From NCBI GenBank assembly GCA_024236095.1, contig JACKLD010000013.1:142368-206367 (forward strand): a stretch of DNA of 64,000 nt, read 5' to 3'. Below, piece after piece: positions 38,184 to 48,403 of this stretch (positions are counted from its first letter, which is position 1; every line of letters begins with the position of its first letter). The position numbers were made by a program, and so were the translations under genes. A model generated the notes under the pieces. That model made no database searches. It had not been told where the DNA came from and saw only the letters and a program-made list of their open reading frames with translations. The DNA comes from Pseudomonadaceae bacterium (GTDB lineage: Bacteria; Pseudomonadota; Alphaproteobacteria; UBA2136; UBA6156).

Positions 38184-40148
38184 CTAGTTCTCCGAATAGC
38201 TCTTGATGCCGCGTGCACGGGACGGGTGGCGCAGCTTCTTCAGTGCCTTGGCCTCGATTTGCCGGATACGCTCACGGGTCACGTTAAATTGTTGGCCCAC
38301 TTCCTCCAGCGTGTGGTCGGTGCTCATGCCGATGCCGAAGCGCATCCGCAGCACGCGTTCTTCACGGGGGGTCAGGCTGGCCAGCACTTGCGTGACGCTG
38401 TCGCGCAAGTTGCTGTTGACCGCCGCATCCAGCGGCATCACCGCGTTGGTGTCCTCGATGAAATCGCCGAGGTTGGAATCTTCCTCGTCACCCACCGGGG
38501 TTTCCAGCGAAATCGGCTCTTTGGCGATTTTCTGCACCTTGCGCACCTTATCGACCGGCATGTTGAGCTTTTTGGCCAACTCTTCCGGCGTGGGTTCGCG
38601 GCCCAGTTCGTTCATCATCTGGCGCTGGGTGCGGTTCATCTTGTTGATGGTCTCGATCATGTGCACCGGAATACGGATGGTACGGGCCTGGTCGGCGATG
38701 CTGCGGGTGATGGCCTGACGGATCCACCACGTGGCGTAGGTAGAGAACTTGTAACCACGGCGGTACTCGAACTTGTCCACCGCCTTCATCAACCCGATGT
38801 TGCCTTCCTGAATCAGGTCGAGGAACTGCAGGCCACGGTTGACGTACTTCTTGGCGATGGAGATCACCAAGCGCAGGTTGGCTTCCACCATTTCCTTCTT
38901 GGCGATGGCGGCTTCACGCTCGCCCTTGCGCACCTGTCCGTTTACTTTCTTGAACTCTTCCACACTGAGGCCGAAGGGCGCGGTCAACGCCAGCAGGCTG
39001 GCGCGCTTGGCCTCGAACTCCTTGGTGATTTTCTTCACGTTGGCGGCCTTGAAGCCCTTGTCCTTCTTGGCAATCTTGCCCAGCAGGTCGGCATCGTTCT
39101 CATGGCCCAGATACATTTCCAGGAAGGTCATGCGGTTGGCGCCTTCGGCTACCGCCATGCGCAACAGCTCGCCTTCGTCGCGGGTGAGCTGCTTGGACAC
39201 GTCGTACAGGCCGTGCATCAGCTCTTCCACGCGGGCAGGCGTCAGCGGAATCTCGCGCATCAGCGGCTTCATCTTTTCAATAAGCGTGGCGTGCTTCTTG
39301 TCCAGTTTGGCATCGGCCTTGTCCAGACGCTGCGCGTCGACCTTTTGCAGCTCCTTGTAGTGCTTGGCAAGCTGGCCGAAGGTGTCGGTCAGGCGCGGCA
39401 TCAGTTCGGCTTCCATGGCGGCCAGCGAAATTACCTCCGCCTCCTCCTCACTGTCTCCGCTTTCTTCGTTTTCGTCTTCGTTTTCGTCCTTGGCGTCGGT
39501 CTTTTCGGCGGGTTCGTCGGCGGTGGCGATGGCCGAGGGCTTGTCGTCGGTTTCATCCTCTTCCTTGGCGTTCAGCGCGGCTTCCTGTTCGGCCAGTTCA
39601 TCCGGCGTGGGCCCCAGCGCGGCGGCCAGATCCACCACATCCCGCAAGAAGCGTTCCTTGGCCTCCACTTGGGTAAACCAGCCCAGCACCAGCCCGTAGC
39701 TCCAGCCGGTGGAAAACAACCCGTCCGAGAGTTTCAGCTTGCCAGCCTCGATGCGCTTGGCCAATTCCACTTCGCCCTCGCGGGTCAGCAGTTCCACGCT
39801 GCCCATTTCCCGCAGGTACATGCGCACGGGGTCATCGGTGCGGCCGTATTCATCGGCTACGGCATTGGCAGGCTGTGGGCCGACAGGCGCCGTCTCGCGG
39901 CGGCTGACGTTGCCAAAAAAGCTGGGGTGGCTTGCCATGGTGCCGGTTTCACCTTCTTCGGCTAAACCGCTGGGCTTGCTGCTTCCCACCACGGCGGTCA
40001 TGTCGTCGTCGCCGTCCTCGTCGTCGTCGCGGGCAACCGGCTCGTTATCCGCCGGCTCGTCGTCTTGCAGCTGGTTGGCCAACATGCCGTCTTCTTCAAG
40101 GTTCTCCTCGCGGATGTCTTTGCCGGCTTGCTGTTTGGGCTGCACCAT
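38184..40148 (-). CDS. rpoD: RNA polymerase sigma factor RpoD (sigma70)
   Basis: 654 aa; acidic N-terminus; regions 2-4 ([27 protein letters not shown]...; [15 protein letters not shown]). Confidence 0.95.
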   Translation of the reverse strand: MVQPKQQAGKDIREENLEEDGMLANQLQDDEPADNEPVARDDDEDGDDDMTAVVGSSKPSGLAEEGETGTMASHPSFFGNVSRRETAPVGPQPANAVADEYGRTDDPVRMYLREMGSVELLTREGEVELAKRIEAGKLKLSDGLFSTGWSYGLVLGWFTQVEAKERFLRDVVDLAAALGPTPDELAEQEAALNAKEEDETDDKPSAIATADEPAEKTDAKDENEDENEESGDSEEEAEVISLAAMEAELMPRLTDTFGQLAKHYKELQKVDAQRLDKADAKLDKKHATLIEKMKPLMREIPLTPARVEELMHGLYDVSKQLTRDEGELLRMAVAEGANRMTFLEMYLGHENDADLLGKIAKKDKGFKAANVKKITKEFEAKRASLLALTAPFGLSVEEFKKVNGQVRKGEREAAIAKKEMVEANLRLVISIAKKYVNRGLQFLDLIQEGNIGLMKAVDKFEYRRGYKFSTYATWWIRQAITRSIADQARTIRIPVHMIETINKMNRTQRQMMNELGREPTPEELAKKLNMPVDKVRKVQKIAKEPISLETPVGDEEDSNLGDFIEDTNAVMPLDAAVNSNLRDSVTQVLASLTPREERVLRMRFGIGMSTDHTLEEVGQQFNVTRERIRQIEAKALKKLRHPSRARGIKSYSEN

Positions 40149-40230
40149 GACGTTTTTCTCCCTCGTAATTCCTTAATGTTGTGCAAGATGCGGGCCTTGC
40201 GGCACACCTCCCCCACGTTATCCACAGGCC

Positions 40231-42048
40231 CTACATGGGCTGGTCGCGGCCCGATGTCAAGTCGGGCTCGGCACCCGAATTGTCATCGTGACCGTATTTT
40301 TTCCAAGTAGGCATGGCTTTCAGCTGTTCCCACTTTTCCGCCGTCCAGTCACCTTCGCGCAAGGTTTCGCGCAAATGCTGGCGTTGTTGGCTGGCATGGA
40401 ACCATTCGGCATAGGTTTTGTCGAACTCGGCTTGCGGGCTGGTCAGGCTTTCATCCAGCGTGGCCACGCCGGTGCTGCGCAGCAGCGCCGCCACGGTGGT
40501 GGCGTGGGGCCCGCTTTTCAGGTCTTCGCGCAGTTCTTCGGCAGAAAGCCGTTGCACCGTATAGGCGCGGAATACATGTTGCGCCAATTCGTTGGCAGGG
40601 CCGGGGGGGAAGGTCAGGCGGGCCAGATTTTCGTCAATCTGCGGCAATAGCTCCGGCCAGCGGCACACAATCGCGAGCAGGCGGGCGGCGCTGGCATGGC
40701 CTTGCACGGCGGGGCGGTAGTCGGCGGGGGCCTTTTTGTCAGACGGCCGCAGGCGCTGCTGCGGGGCGGCCTGTCCGCCATGCTGTTTGTTGGCCCGGGT
40801 GGCTTTGAACAGTTTGTCTTTCAGTGCCTGCTGGTAGCTTTTGCGCACCACCGCATTGCGGATGCGTGCCAGCAGCCCGCCCATTTCGCCCTCCACCTGT
40901 GCGCGGCCGTCGGCGGTGGAGATATCTCCCTTGCCCAGCAAAAACTCCCACAGCACCTGCTCCAGCGGCTTGGGCTCGGCCAACAGGCTTTTGAAGCCGC
41001 CGATACCATCTTTTTGCACCAGCGTGTCGGGGTCTTCGCCTTCCGGAAGGGTTACGAATTGCAGGGTTTTTCCAGGTTCCAGAATGGGCAGAACTTTTTC
41101 CGCCGCGCGCAGGGCGGCGGCCTGCCCCGCCTTGTCGCCGTCCAGACAGATAACGGGCGATGGATGATAGCGCCACAGCAGTGCAATCTGGTCTTCGGTA
41201 ATGGCGGTGCCCAGCGGTGCCACGGCAGTGGGAAAGCCCGATTGGTAGAGGCTGACCACGTCCATGTAGCCCTCCACCACCACCAGTTGCTGGCCCTGCT
41301 TAAGGTGTGGTTTGGCGCGGTGCAGGTTGTACAGCAGGTAGCCTTTGTTGAAGTAGGGGTTTTCAGGGCTGTTGAGGTACTTCGGCTCGGTGCCGTCCAG
41401 AACTCTTCCGCCAAAGCCCACCGCACGGCCTTGGCCGTCGTGGATGGGGAACATCACACGGTGGCGGAAACGGTCGTAATCGCCGCGCGATTGTTTGCCT
41501 TCTTGGGTGAGGCCGGCCTCGCGCAGGGTGGCGGGGGCAAAACCCTCGTTGACCAGCGCGTCGTGCAGGTTGGTCCAGCCTTCCGGCGCATAGCCCAACT
41601 GGAACTCCACCACCGTGGCGGGGGTGAGCCCGCGCTTGTGCAGGTAATCGGCGGCGGCCGAGTTGGGCAGGCTGCGCTGGTAATACAGCACCGCGCGCTC
41701 CAGCGCCGCCATGCCGTCGGCGCGCTTCTTTTCCGCCTGCGGGTCGCTATACTCCGGCTTGGGCAGCGGCAAGCCCGCCTGCTTGGCCAGTTTTTCCACC
41801 ACCTCGTTGAAGCTTCCGCCTTGGGTTTCCTGCACGAAGGTGAACACATCGCCCGCCGCACCACAGCCGAAGCAGTAGTAGTTGCCTTCTTCGCGCACAT
41901 GGAAGCTGGCCGATTTTTCGTTGTGAAACGGGCAGTTGGCCCACCAGTATTTGCCCTTTTTCTTTAGCGAGGGCACGGTCTTGCGTACTTCCTCTACCAG
42001 CGGGATGCGGGTCTTGATCTGGCTGATGAGGGAGGTGGGATACTTCAT
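40231..42048 (-). CDS. dnaG: DNA primase DnaG
   Basis: 605 aa; zinc-binding CPFHNEKSASFHV...CFGCGAAGDV; Toprim (VVVVEGYMDVV). Confidence 0.95.
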   Translation of the reverse strand: MKYPTSLISQIKTRIPLVEEVRKTVPSLKKKGKYWWANCPFHNEKSASFHVREEGNYYCFGCGAAGDVFTFVQETQGGSFNEVVEKLAKQAGLPLPKPEYSDPQAEKKRADGMAALERAVLYYQRSLPNSAAADYLHKRGLTPATVVEFQLGYAPEGWTNLHDALVNEGFAPATLREAGLTQEGKQSRGDYDRFRHRVMFPIHDGQGRAVGFGGRVLDGTEPKYLNSPENPYFNKGYLLYNLHRAKPHLKQGQQLVVVEGYMDVVSLYQSGFPTAVAPLGTAITEDQIALLWRYHPSPVICLDGDKAGQAAALRAAEKVLPILEPGKTLQFVTLPEGEDPDTLVQKDGIGGFKSLLAEPKPLEQVLWEFLLGKGDISTADGRAQVEGEMGGLLARIRNAVVRKSYQQALKDKLFKATRANKQHGGQAAPQQRLRPSDKKAPADYRPAVQGHASAARLLAIVCRWPELLPQIDENLARLTFPPGPANELAQHVFRAYTVQRLSAEELREDLKSGPHATTVAALLRSTGVATLDESLTSPQAEFDKTYAEWFHASQQRQHLRETLREGDWTAEKWEQLKAMPTWKKYGHDDNSGAEPDLTSGRDQPM

Positions 42049-42211
42049 ATGAAGGAATTATACAGCCTTATACGGCAAAACGGCTTCCCATACAATGAAA
42101 AGTTGCATGGAAAGGACAAGTTGGTGTAGAATGCGCCCAAGCCTGAGTGGGGGCTTTTTTGTTGGCCCGCACCAAACCCGTCCGGAGACATTGCAAACGA
42201 AAGGAAACGCC

Positions 42212-42697
42212 ATGGAACGCGTCCCGATGACCATTTACGGCCATGAGAAACTCAGTGCCGAACTGAAACACCTGCAACAGGTCGAGCGCCCGAACATCAT
42301 CGCGCAGATTGATGAAGCCCGTGGCCACGGCGACCTGAAGGAGAATGCCGAATACCACGCCGCCAAAGAGCGTCAGGGGTTTATCGAGGGCCGGATTGCC
42401 GAGCTGGAAAGCAAGCTCTCCCGCGCTGAAATTATTGACCCCACCAAGAACACCGGCAGCCGCATCACGCTGGGTGCCACGGTGACACTGGTGGATTGCG
42501 ACACCGACAAACAGGTGGTGTACGCGCTGGTGGGGCCCGATGAAGCGGATTTGGAAAAAGGGCTTATTTCCACCACCAGCCCCATCGGCCGCGCGCTGTT
42601 GGGCAAGGAGGAGGGCGACGAAGCCGTGGTGGCCGCCCCCGGCGGCAAACGCACCTATGAGGTGGAAAAGGTGGAGTTCAAACCGATTGCGGTGTGA
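42212..42697 (+). CDS. greA: Transcription elongation factor GreA
   Basis: [55 protein letters not shown]; RBS aaggaaa; inside listed ORF 42095..42697. Confidence 0.9.
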   Translation: MERVPMTIYGHEKLSAELKHLQQVERPNIIAQIDEARGHGDLKENAEYHAAKERQGFIEGRIAELESKLSRAEIIDPTKNTGSRITLGATVTLVDCDTDKQVVYALVGPDEADLEKGLISTTSPIGRALLGKEEGDEAVVAAPGGKRTYEVEKVEFKPIAV

Positions 42698-42712
42698 GGC
42701 GGTGGTCAAAAC

Positions 42713-42742
42713 AAGAAAGGCCCCCGCAGGGGCCTTTCTTGT
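42713..42742. terminator. Bidirectional hairpin between greA and the convergent lipoprotein gene (aagaaaggcccc cgca ggggcctttctt)
   Basis: 12-bp perfect stem. Confidence 0.55.
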
Positions 42743-42751
42743 GCGTGCCGC

Positions 42752-43027
42752 TTAGTAGCAGGCGCGGTGGAAGGTCACACCGTTGTGGGTGTGGGCCTTG
42801 GTGCCACCGTTGGGGCAACCGGCGTAGTGCACCATGCCGTGGATCATGTGCATGGTGGGGGCGGCCACGGCAGGCGCGCCAGCCTTGATGTTGTGGATGT
42901 TTTCAATCGCGCGGCATTCGCCATCGGCGAGGTTGATGCCGGCGTAGGGGCAGGTTTCATACTGCGGGGTGGTGCTGCAGGCGGCCAGGGTGGCAGCGGC
43001 GGCAGCGGCAAGAACGAGATGTTTCAT
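42752..43027 (-). CDS. Small Cys/His-rich lipoprotein, paralog A of an uncharacterized family
   Basis: Signal peptide plus lipobox LAAC; mature part TCPYAGINLADGECRAIENIHNI...HYAGCPNGGTKAHTHNGVTFHRACY aligns with the product of 55101..55418. Confidence 0.6.
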   Translation of the reverse strand: MKHLVLAAAAAATLAACSTTPQYETCPYAGINLADGECRAIENIHNIKAGAPAVAAPTMHMIHGMVHYAGCPNGGTKAHTHNGVTFHRACY

Positions 43028-43063
43028 GGGGGTATCCTATTCACTGTGCTGTTGGTTTGCGGA

Positions 43064-43078
43064 GCGCAACGGTTGCGC
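43064..43078. promoter_or_regulatory. Perfect palindrome GCGCAAC-g-GTTGCGC upstream of lipoprotein A; candidate operator
   Basis: Read directly; about 40-50 bp upstream of the start codon at 43027. Confidence 0.3.
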
Positions 43079-43138
43079 CCAACGGCTCGGAATACACCAT
43101 AGTTTCAAAAAGCGCGCAAGGGTAACGCTTGGAAAAAG

Positions 43139-43411
43139 CTAGCGCGGGTTTGAAGGAATGGAAGAGATGTCAAGCCGGGAAACGTCAATTCGCTTTGCCT
43201 GCCCGACATGGGTGAAAAGAAACCCCGCTTCCGCCAACTGCGCGCGGTGGGCGTGGCCCAACGACCCCTCGTGTGCGGCGCGTTCCACCATCTCCATGGC
43301 GGGGGCGTAAAGGGGGCTGCCGGCCAGCGCTGTGCGGCTGTTGCGTTGCATGGCGCCGCAAATCTGCGCTACGGCCATGTTCATATTGAGGGTTGGAATA
43401 TCGTTGCTCAT
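43139..43411 (-). CDS. Hypothetical protein (90 aa) between tsaC and lipoprotein A
   Basis: ORF only. Confidence 0.3.
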   Translation of the reverse strand: MSNDIPTLNMNMAVAQICGAMQRNSRTALAGSPLYAPAMEMVERAAHEGSLGHAHRAQLAEAGFLFTHVGQAKRIDVSRLDISSIPSNPR

Positions 43412-43443
43412 ACGTCGTTATGTATACATAAAAAGGGTGGGTG

Positions 43444-44001
43444 TCAACGCAACCATTGGCCGTTTTGCGGGTTGAAAATCCGGCTTGGCATTCCGGACAG
43501 GGGTTGTGGCAGGGACAATGCGGGAGTCTCGGCAGGCAATTGGCAGGCTTGCGTGGCGGGAGGTTCGCCGGAAAGGTTGCAGCTGGTCGAAACCAATGGC
43601 CCGCCGGCAGCGCGCAGGTATTCTTGCATGTAGGGGCATGCAGGCAAGCGGATGGCCAGCGTCTCGCGCCCGCCGGTCAGCAGGATAGGCAAGGTGGGCA
43701 GGGCGGGCAAAATCAGGGTGACGGGCGGGGTTTGCGGGCCCCAGTGGGTGTGGATGGCCTCGACGCATGCCTTGGGCAACGGGTGGGGGCACAGATATGC
43801 CAGCTGGTCGGTGTGACCGATGAGCGTGATAAGCCCTTTGCGTTCGTCGCGCCGTTTCAGCCTGGTTATTGCTTTCAGTGCCGCCGGGTTGAACGGGTCG
43901 GCGCAGTAGCCGTACATGCCTTCGGCCGGAGCGATGGCCACCTTGCCTGCGCTGATGGTGCGGACAAAATCATGCAATTGCGGGTCGGGCCATGTGGACA
44001 T
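43444..44001 (-). CDS. tsaC: L-threonylcarbamoyladenylate synthase TsaC/YrdC
   Basis: KVAIAPAEGMYGYCADPFNPAALKAITRLKRRDERKGLITLIGH; start at 44001 inside listed ORF 43444..44142. Confidence 0.85.
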   Translation of the reverse strand: MSTWPDPQLHDFVRTISAGKVAIAPAEGMYGYCADPFNPAALKAITRLKRRDERKGLITLIGHTDQLAYLCPHPLPKACVEAIHTHWGPQTPPVTLILPALPTLPILLTGGRETLAIRLPACPYMQEYLRAAGGPLVSTSCNLSGEPPATQACQLPAETPALSLPQPLSGMPSRIFNPQNGQWLR

Positions 44002-44683
44002 GCCTCGTTGTAATATGTATACATATGGCCATGCAAGCGCGAAATGTCCCGTTGTTGAAAACCATGTCACGTTTGATGGCCGTGGCCGAATGCCGCGCCC
44101 CTCTTGCCGACCGTGTTGGGTCCATGACCGCTTTGGCGTCACGTTGCCCTGCGACGCTGTCGGTGTGGGCCTGTAACATGCCGTACGATACTAACGACCG
44201 GTTCAATCCCGAACTGCAACAATGGCAATTCCATTTGCTGCTGCGTGATGAACGGGGCTATGTGATAGAACTTTAACGCTTGCTTTTTGGAGGGGGCGCA
44301 GAAGCCTCGCGGGCTTTGCGTTCATCCGCCAAGGTTTCCTCTACCAAGCTGTGCAGGCATTGCAGATGTTGGGCACCGTCCCCCGAAACCCACGGCGCCA
44401 ATGCCAGAAGATGCAGGCGCATCTCCACCAGTTTGGCTGCAACGTTTTGTTTATCTCCCACGCTTTAATGCTACATCCATGATATATTGCTTGGCAACCT
44501 TTATCTCCTTGATGCTGTTTCCAACACCTTGATTTCATGTGGTTGCATGCCAGCGAAAGCTGACATGCCGCCGCGATGCCCCAACAAGCGCTTGACACCG
44601 CCCGCAAAGCCATGTACCACCCGCACAAACCCGTGCCGTGCGCCCCGTGCGGCCAACCGCGTACCCAAAGGAAAGCAACCACC

Positions 44684-44878
44684 ATGGCCAGCAAAGCCAA
44701 AGGCAACATCTACATCAAACTGGTCAGCCAGGCTATCAATCCTGCCACCGGCCGCAAGACCGGGTACTTCTACGTGACCAAGAAGAACCCCAAAAACAGC
44801 ACGGAAAAATTCGAGTTCCGCAAGTACGACCCGGTGGTGCGTCAACACGCCATCTTCAAGGAAGAGAAGATGAAGTAA
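44684..44878 (+). CDS. rpmG: 50S ribosomal protein L33
   Basis: [64 protein letters not shown]; RBS aaaggaaag; candidate -35/-10 TTGACA...TACCAC upstream. Confidence 0.88.
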   Translation: MASKAKGNIYIKLVSQAINPATGRKTGYFYVTKKNPKNSTEKFEFRKYDPVVRQHAIFKEEKMK

Positions 44879-44900
44879 CCTTGGGGTTTCTTCAGGTTCA

Positions 44901-44925
44901 ACGGCCCTGCGGGGCCGTTTTTTTC
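44901..44925 (+). terminator. Intrinsic terminator after rpmG (acggccc tgc ggggccgt ttttttt)
   Basis: GC stem plus a T7 run; core CGGCCCTGCGGGGCCG also occurs at 55441-55458. Confidence 0.7.
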
Positions 44926-45706
44926 AAAGTGCCAGTTCCACTTCAATCGGAATATGGTCGGACGGCTGCTCCTTGCCGCGTTCGTCACGGTAATGCGTCA
45001 CGTTTGCCACCTTGGCTTTCAGCGCATCGCTCACAAAGAGGTAGTCGATCCGCATGCCGCGATTGTTCACAAAGGCGTAGCTGCGGTAATCCCACCAGCT
45101 GAACAGCCCGGCTTCGTCGGTGGTCAGTCGCAGGGCATCATGCAAGTGGTCTCCCGCAAAGGTTTGCAGCCAACCGCGCTCGGCGGAGGTGAACATGCAC
45201 TCCTTGCTGCGCTTGGCGGGGTTGTCCACATCGCGTTCATCGGCCGAGATGTTGAAATCACCGCCGACCACCAGCTGCGGAAACGCCGCCACTTCCCGTG
45301 CCGCCCAAGCGGTGAGGTGGGCGTAGAATTCCTCTTTGAACACGAATTTGGGGCTTTGCGTGCTCTCGCCGTTGGGGACATAGGCGCTGGCCACGCGGAG
45401 GTTGCCCTTGGGGTGTGCCACAGTGGCGGCGATCAGCCGCGCATGGTCGGCAAACACGTCGCCGTGAAAGCCTTGCTCTACATCGCCTAACGGGTGGCGG
45501 CTGACAATGGCGACGCCGTTGTAGCTCTTTTGGCCATGGATGGCCACGTGCAACCCGCGTTCCTCAAATGGTGCGCGCGGGAACATCTCGTCGGCCACCT
45601 TGGTTTCCTGCAACAGCAGCACGTCGGGCTGGTGGGCATCCCACCACGCCAGCACATGCCCCATGCGGGTGCGCAACGAGTTGACGTTCCAGCTGGCAAT
45701 CTTCAT
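44924..45706 (-). CDS. xthA: Exodeoxyribonuclease III
   Basis: MKIASWNVNSLRTR...LQETK...DFN...SDHIPIEVEL; start at 45706 inside listed ORF 44924..45766. Confidence 0.9.
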   Translation of the reverse strand: MKIASWNVNSLRTRMGHVLAWWDAHQPDVLLLQETKVADEMFPRAPFEERGLHVAIHGQKSYNGVAIVSRHPLGDVEQGFHGDVFADHARLIAATVAHPKGNLRVASAYVPNGESTQSPKFVFKEEFYAHLTAWAAREVAAFPQLVVGGDFNISADERDVDNPAKRSKECMFTSAERGWLQTFAGDHLHDALRLTTDEAGLFSWWDYRSYAFVNNRGMRIDYLFVSDALKAKVANVTHYRDERGKEQPSDHIPIEVELAL

Positions 45707-45823
45707 GGCACCAATGTACGACAACCGCCGCGCTTTTGCCACGCTGCCTGCCTGCCAGCTGGCCAATGGGCTGGCGGTGGCGGCGTCTTTCGGCTAACGT
45801 GCGGCAAAACAAGGAAAACCCTG

Positions 45824-47959
45824 GTGGCAAAACCCGTTGCCAAGCTGATGCAAACCTACACCGCGTGGTTGCGCAACATGGCGCAGTACGGCGCTGCCGT
45901 GGCGCGGGGGCTTATTTTGCTGGGTATCTGGGGTTTGGCGCTGTTCGGTTGGAGCACCCTGGGCGAAGATGCCCTGCGCCGCCGTTTGCCGCCGGTGCAT
46001 GCCGCCGCCCAATCCTATGCCGAGGCTGTTGGCACATACTTGCAAGGGTTGGCAGCCACCCTGCAACCTTTGGCCGAAGATCCGCGCTTGGTACAGGGCG
46101 TGGCCTCCGATGACGGCATCACCTCGCTGGAAGTACGCCGGGCCATGTACGAGTTCGGATATCTCAATCGCCTCAACCAGCTTTATATCTGGGAGGAGCA
46201 AAGCGGCACGGTCGGCCAATTGGCCGGCAGCCGTGAATTGCCGTCCGAGGTGGCGGTTTGGTTGGGTAAACTGGATGAGCAGCCGGTGGCCCTTGCCGTC
46301 TTTGATATTTCCACCCGCCCCCAACTGTATTTGGCGATGCATGCCGCCGATTCTGCCACGCATGTCTATGTGGTGATGCCTGCCAGTTGGCAGGGCTTGC
46401 TGCTGGGCCAGCCTCGTGCGCCGGTGCTTGGTGGCTTTGGCAAGGCGGAAACCTTCATGCTGGTATCGCAAAACGGCAGGCTCTGGCAGGCACCGAGGCT
46501 TAGTCGCGAGCGCCCGCGCCTGATGACCGAGTTGGATGCGGTTGCCGCGTCCACGGTTGCCAAGGCGCCAAACGGCGACATTATCGTTGCCGCGCCGGTG
46601 CCGGGCGTGGCGGGCTGGGGGGTGGCCTATCGGCTGCCGCCTTCGGTCGCCTTGGGCGCCAGCCGCATGGCGCAATGGGGGGTTATCCTTGCCGCGTTGT
46701 TGGCCAGTATCGCCGTCTTGTGGAAACCCACCCGCCCCGCCCGCCGCAAGGTGGCGGCCAAACTGGCGCCGCTGGCGGGAGTCATTACCCCGCTGACCAC
46801 CCCGCTCATCAGCAGTGTGGCGGCGGTGATGAAGGGCGAGCGCCAGCCGCCCGCGCAGGCGCAAGCCATCATCCAACCCGGCCAGTTCAAGCAGGAAGAG
46901 CTGGCGGGCGGCCAGCCCCAACGGCGCGGCAAGGCCATGCAGTTCGGCAGCAATCCGCCTCGCCCGGCGGCCAAGGTGATGACCGCCCCCAGCAACTACA
47001 TGCCCACTGAGGCCGCCGCAGCATCGTCATCCGCCGCCGGTCGCCCCAAAAAAGCCCCGGTGCTCACCGATGCCATGGCCCGCTTGGTGGATGAATGTCT
47101 CACCCAAGGGCGCTCGCAGTTGCTGTATCAACCCATTTATCAGGTCAGCACCGGCAAACCGGCGTTCCATGAGGTGTTGCTGCGTCTTATCGACCGCGAC
47201 GGTAATCCGGTCAGTCCCGGCGCGTTTTTGCCGGTATGCGAGCAGCACGGCTGGCTCGACAGGCTCGATAGCCATGTGCTTGACCGCGTGCTGGAGCTAA
47301 ACTTTGCCGGTGGTTTGCATCCGGCCACGCCGCTGACCCTCAATCTGGCCGGTGCCAGCATGGACAGCCTCGACTACCTGCAAAAATTGCTGACGCTGGA
47401 TGATGCCGAGGTCATCAAGCATCTGGTGCTGGAAGTCAGCTCGCAGGAATTGCTGAAAGACCCCACGGCCATCGACTTCCTGCGCGAGGTGCACGAGGCC
47501 GGTGCCAAACTCAGCGTGGATTATTTCGGCGGCGGCCCCACCATGTTGCAGGCCAGCCAGAAGATGGGCTTCGACATGCTCAAAATGGACTGTGCCCGGA
47601 TGGGCGGCGATACCGCCGCCAAGCGCGAGGTGCTGATGTTGGCGCAAGCCGCCAAACGCACCGATGTGGCACTGGTGCTGGAAAAAGTGGAAACGGTGGA
47701 GATGGAGGTCTTCGCCCGCCGCGCCGGGGTGAAGTTCCTGCAAGGCTACCTGCTGGGCAAGCCCAAGCCGGATTTGGTCTCGGCCACGCTTCCCGGCTGG
47801 AGCGAAATGGCGCGCATGGAAAAAGAGCAGGTGTCTTCTGAAGATGAAGCTGCCCAAGAGCCGGAAGCCGCGCCGGAGGGGGTGGCCGACGACGCCGCTA
47901 CTGAAGCTGGCGATACAAATGCACCGCCACCTGCTCTCCCAGACTCATCTTCAAAATAA
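45824..47959 (+). CDS. Membrane sensor EAL-domain c-di-GMP phosphodiesterase (two TM segments flanking a periplasmic domain; EVL variant of EAL)
   Basis: TM1 GLILLGIWGLALFGW, TM2 GVILAALLASIAVLW; EAL fold LLYQPIYQVSTGKPAFHEVLLRL...VDYFGGGPT...; GTG 45824 after aaggaaaa (alternative ATG 45848). Confidence 0.85.
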   Translation: MAKPVAKLMQTYTAWLRNMAQYGAAVARGLILLGIWGLALFGWSTLGEDALRRRLPPVHAAAQSYAEAVGTYLQGLAATLQPLAEDPRLVQGVASDDGITSLEVRRAMYEFGYLNRLNQLYIWEEQSGTVGQLAGSRELPSEVAVWLGKLDEQPVALAVFDISTRPQLYLAMHAADSATHVYVVMPASWQGLLLGQPRAPVLGGFGKAETFMLVSQNGRLWQAPRLSRERPRLMTELDAVAASTVAKAPNGDIIVAAPVPGVAGWGVAYRLPPSVALGASRMAQWGVILAALLASIAVLWKPTRPARRKVAAKLAPLAGVITPLTTPLISSVAAVMKGERQPPAQAQAIIQPGQFKQEELAGGQPQRRGKAMQFGSNPPRPAAKVMTAPSNYMPTEAAAASSSAAGRPKKAPVLTDAMARLVDECLTQGRSQLLYQPIYQVSTGKPAFHEVLLRLIDRDGNPVSPGAFLPVCEQHGWLDRLDSHVLDRVLELNFAGGLHPATPLTLNLAGASMDSLDYLQKLLTLDDAEVIKHLVLEVSSQELLKDPTAIDFLREVHEAGAKLSVDYFGGGPTMLQASQKMGFDMLKMDCARMGGDTAAKREVLMLAQAAKRTDVALVLEKVETVEMEVFARRAGVKFLQGYLLGKPKPDLVSATLPGWSEMARMEKEQVSSEDEAAQEPEAAPEGVADDAATEAGDTNAPPPALPDSSSK

Positions 47960-48335
47960 CCGAGTCGAATTCGTCTTTTAAAAGCTCGCGGGCCACATGG
48001 CCGAAAAGGGCGGTAAATTCACGTTGTACCGCCCGCAGGTTGCGTTGGCGGCCGGCCGGCGAGGTGTTGGCTTGCGGCGGCTGTGCCAGTGCCAGCACCA
48101 CCCGGGGCGGGGAGGCAAACAGGGAAGGGGCGGTGGCTTCAAGCGGCAGGGACACGGCCTCTGGTGGGGAAGAAGCGTTGGCCAACAACGGTTGCCATGC
48201 CCACAATGTCAGCGCCCACAGGCCCGCCGTCAGCGCCAGCGTCAGCGGAGCAGGCACCTGCGCGGGCTTTACGCGCCCATGCAGCAGCGTCTCGCGGCTG
48301 GGCAATTCCACGGCGGTAACTGATGCAGGCGTCAT
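47898..48335 (-). CDS. Hypothetical membrane protein (about 145 aa) overlapping the 3' end of the EAL gene antisense
   Basis: ORF with one hydrophobic segment (LTLALTAGLWALTLWAW); a 62-bp convergent overlap makes it doubtful. Confidence 0.3.
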   Translation of the reverse strand: MTPASVTAVELPSRETLLHGRVKPAQVPAPLTLALTAGLWALTLWAWQPLLANASSPPEAVSLPLEATAPSLFASPPRVVLALAQPPQANTSPAGRQRNLRAVQREFTALFGHVARELLKDEFDSVILKMSLGEQVAVHLYRQLQ

Positions 48336-48403
48336 CGCCGATTTATGGCACAAGGGCCAAAACCCTGCTGACATTCGGTCCGCAAACGTATACCCTAAAG
48401 CCC

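Noticed and set aside
38076-41967. Long plus-strand ORFs 38076..39965 and 40696..41967
   Set aside because: Antisense of rpoD and dnaG respectively.
44273-44461. 62-aa minus-strand ORF in the tsaC upstream region
   Set aside because: Short, no motif, and lies in the likely promoter region; left uncalled.
45794-46921. 375-aa minus-strand ORF
   Set aside because: Antisense of the N-terminal sensor region of the EAL gene, which has two clear TM helices on the plus strand.
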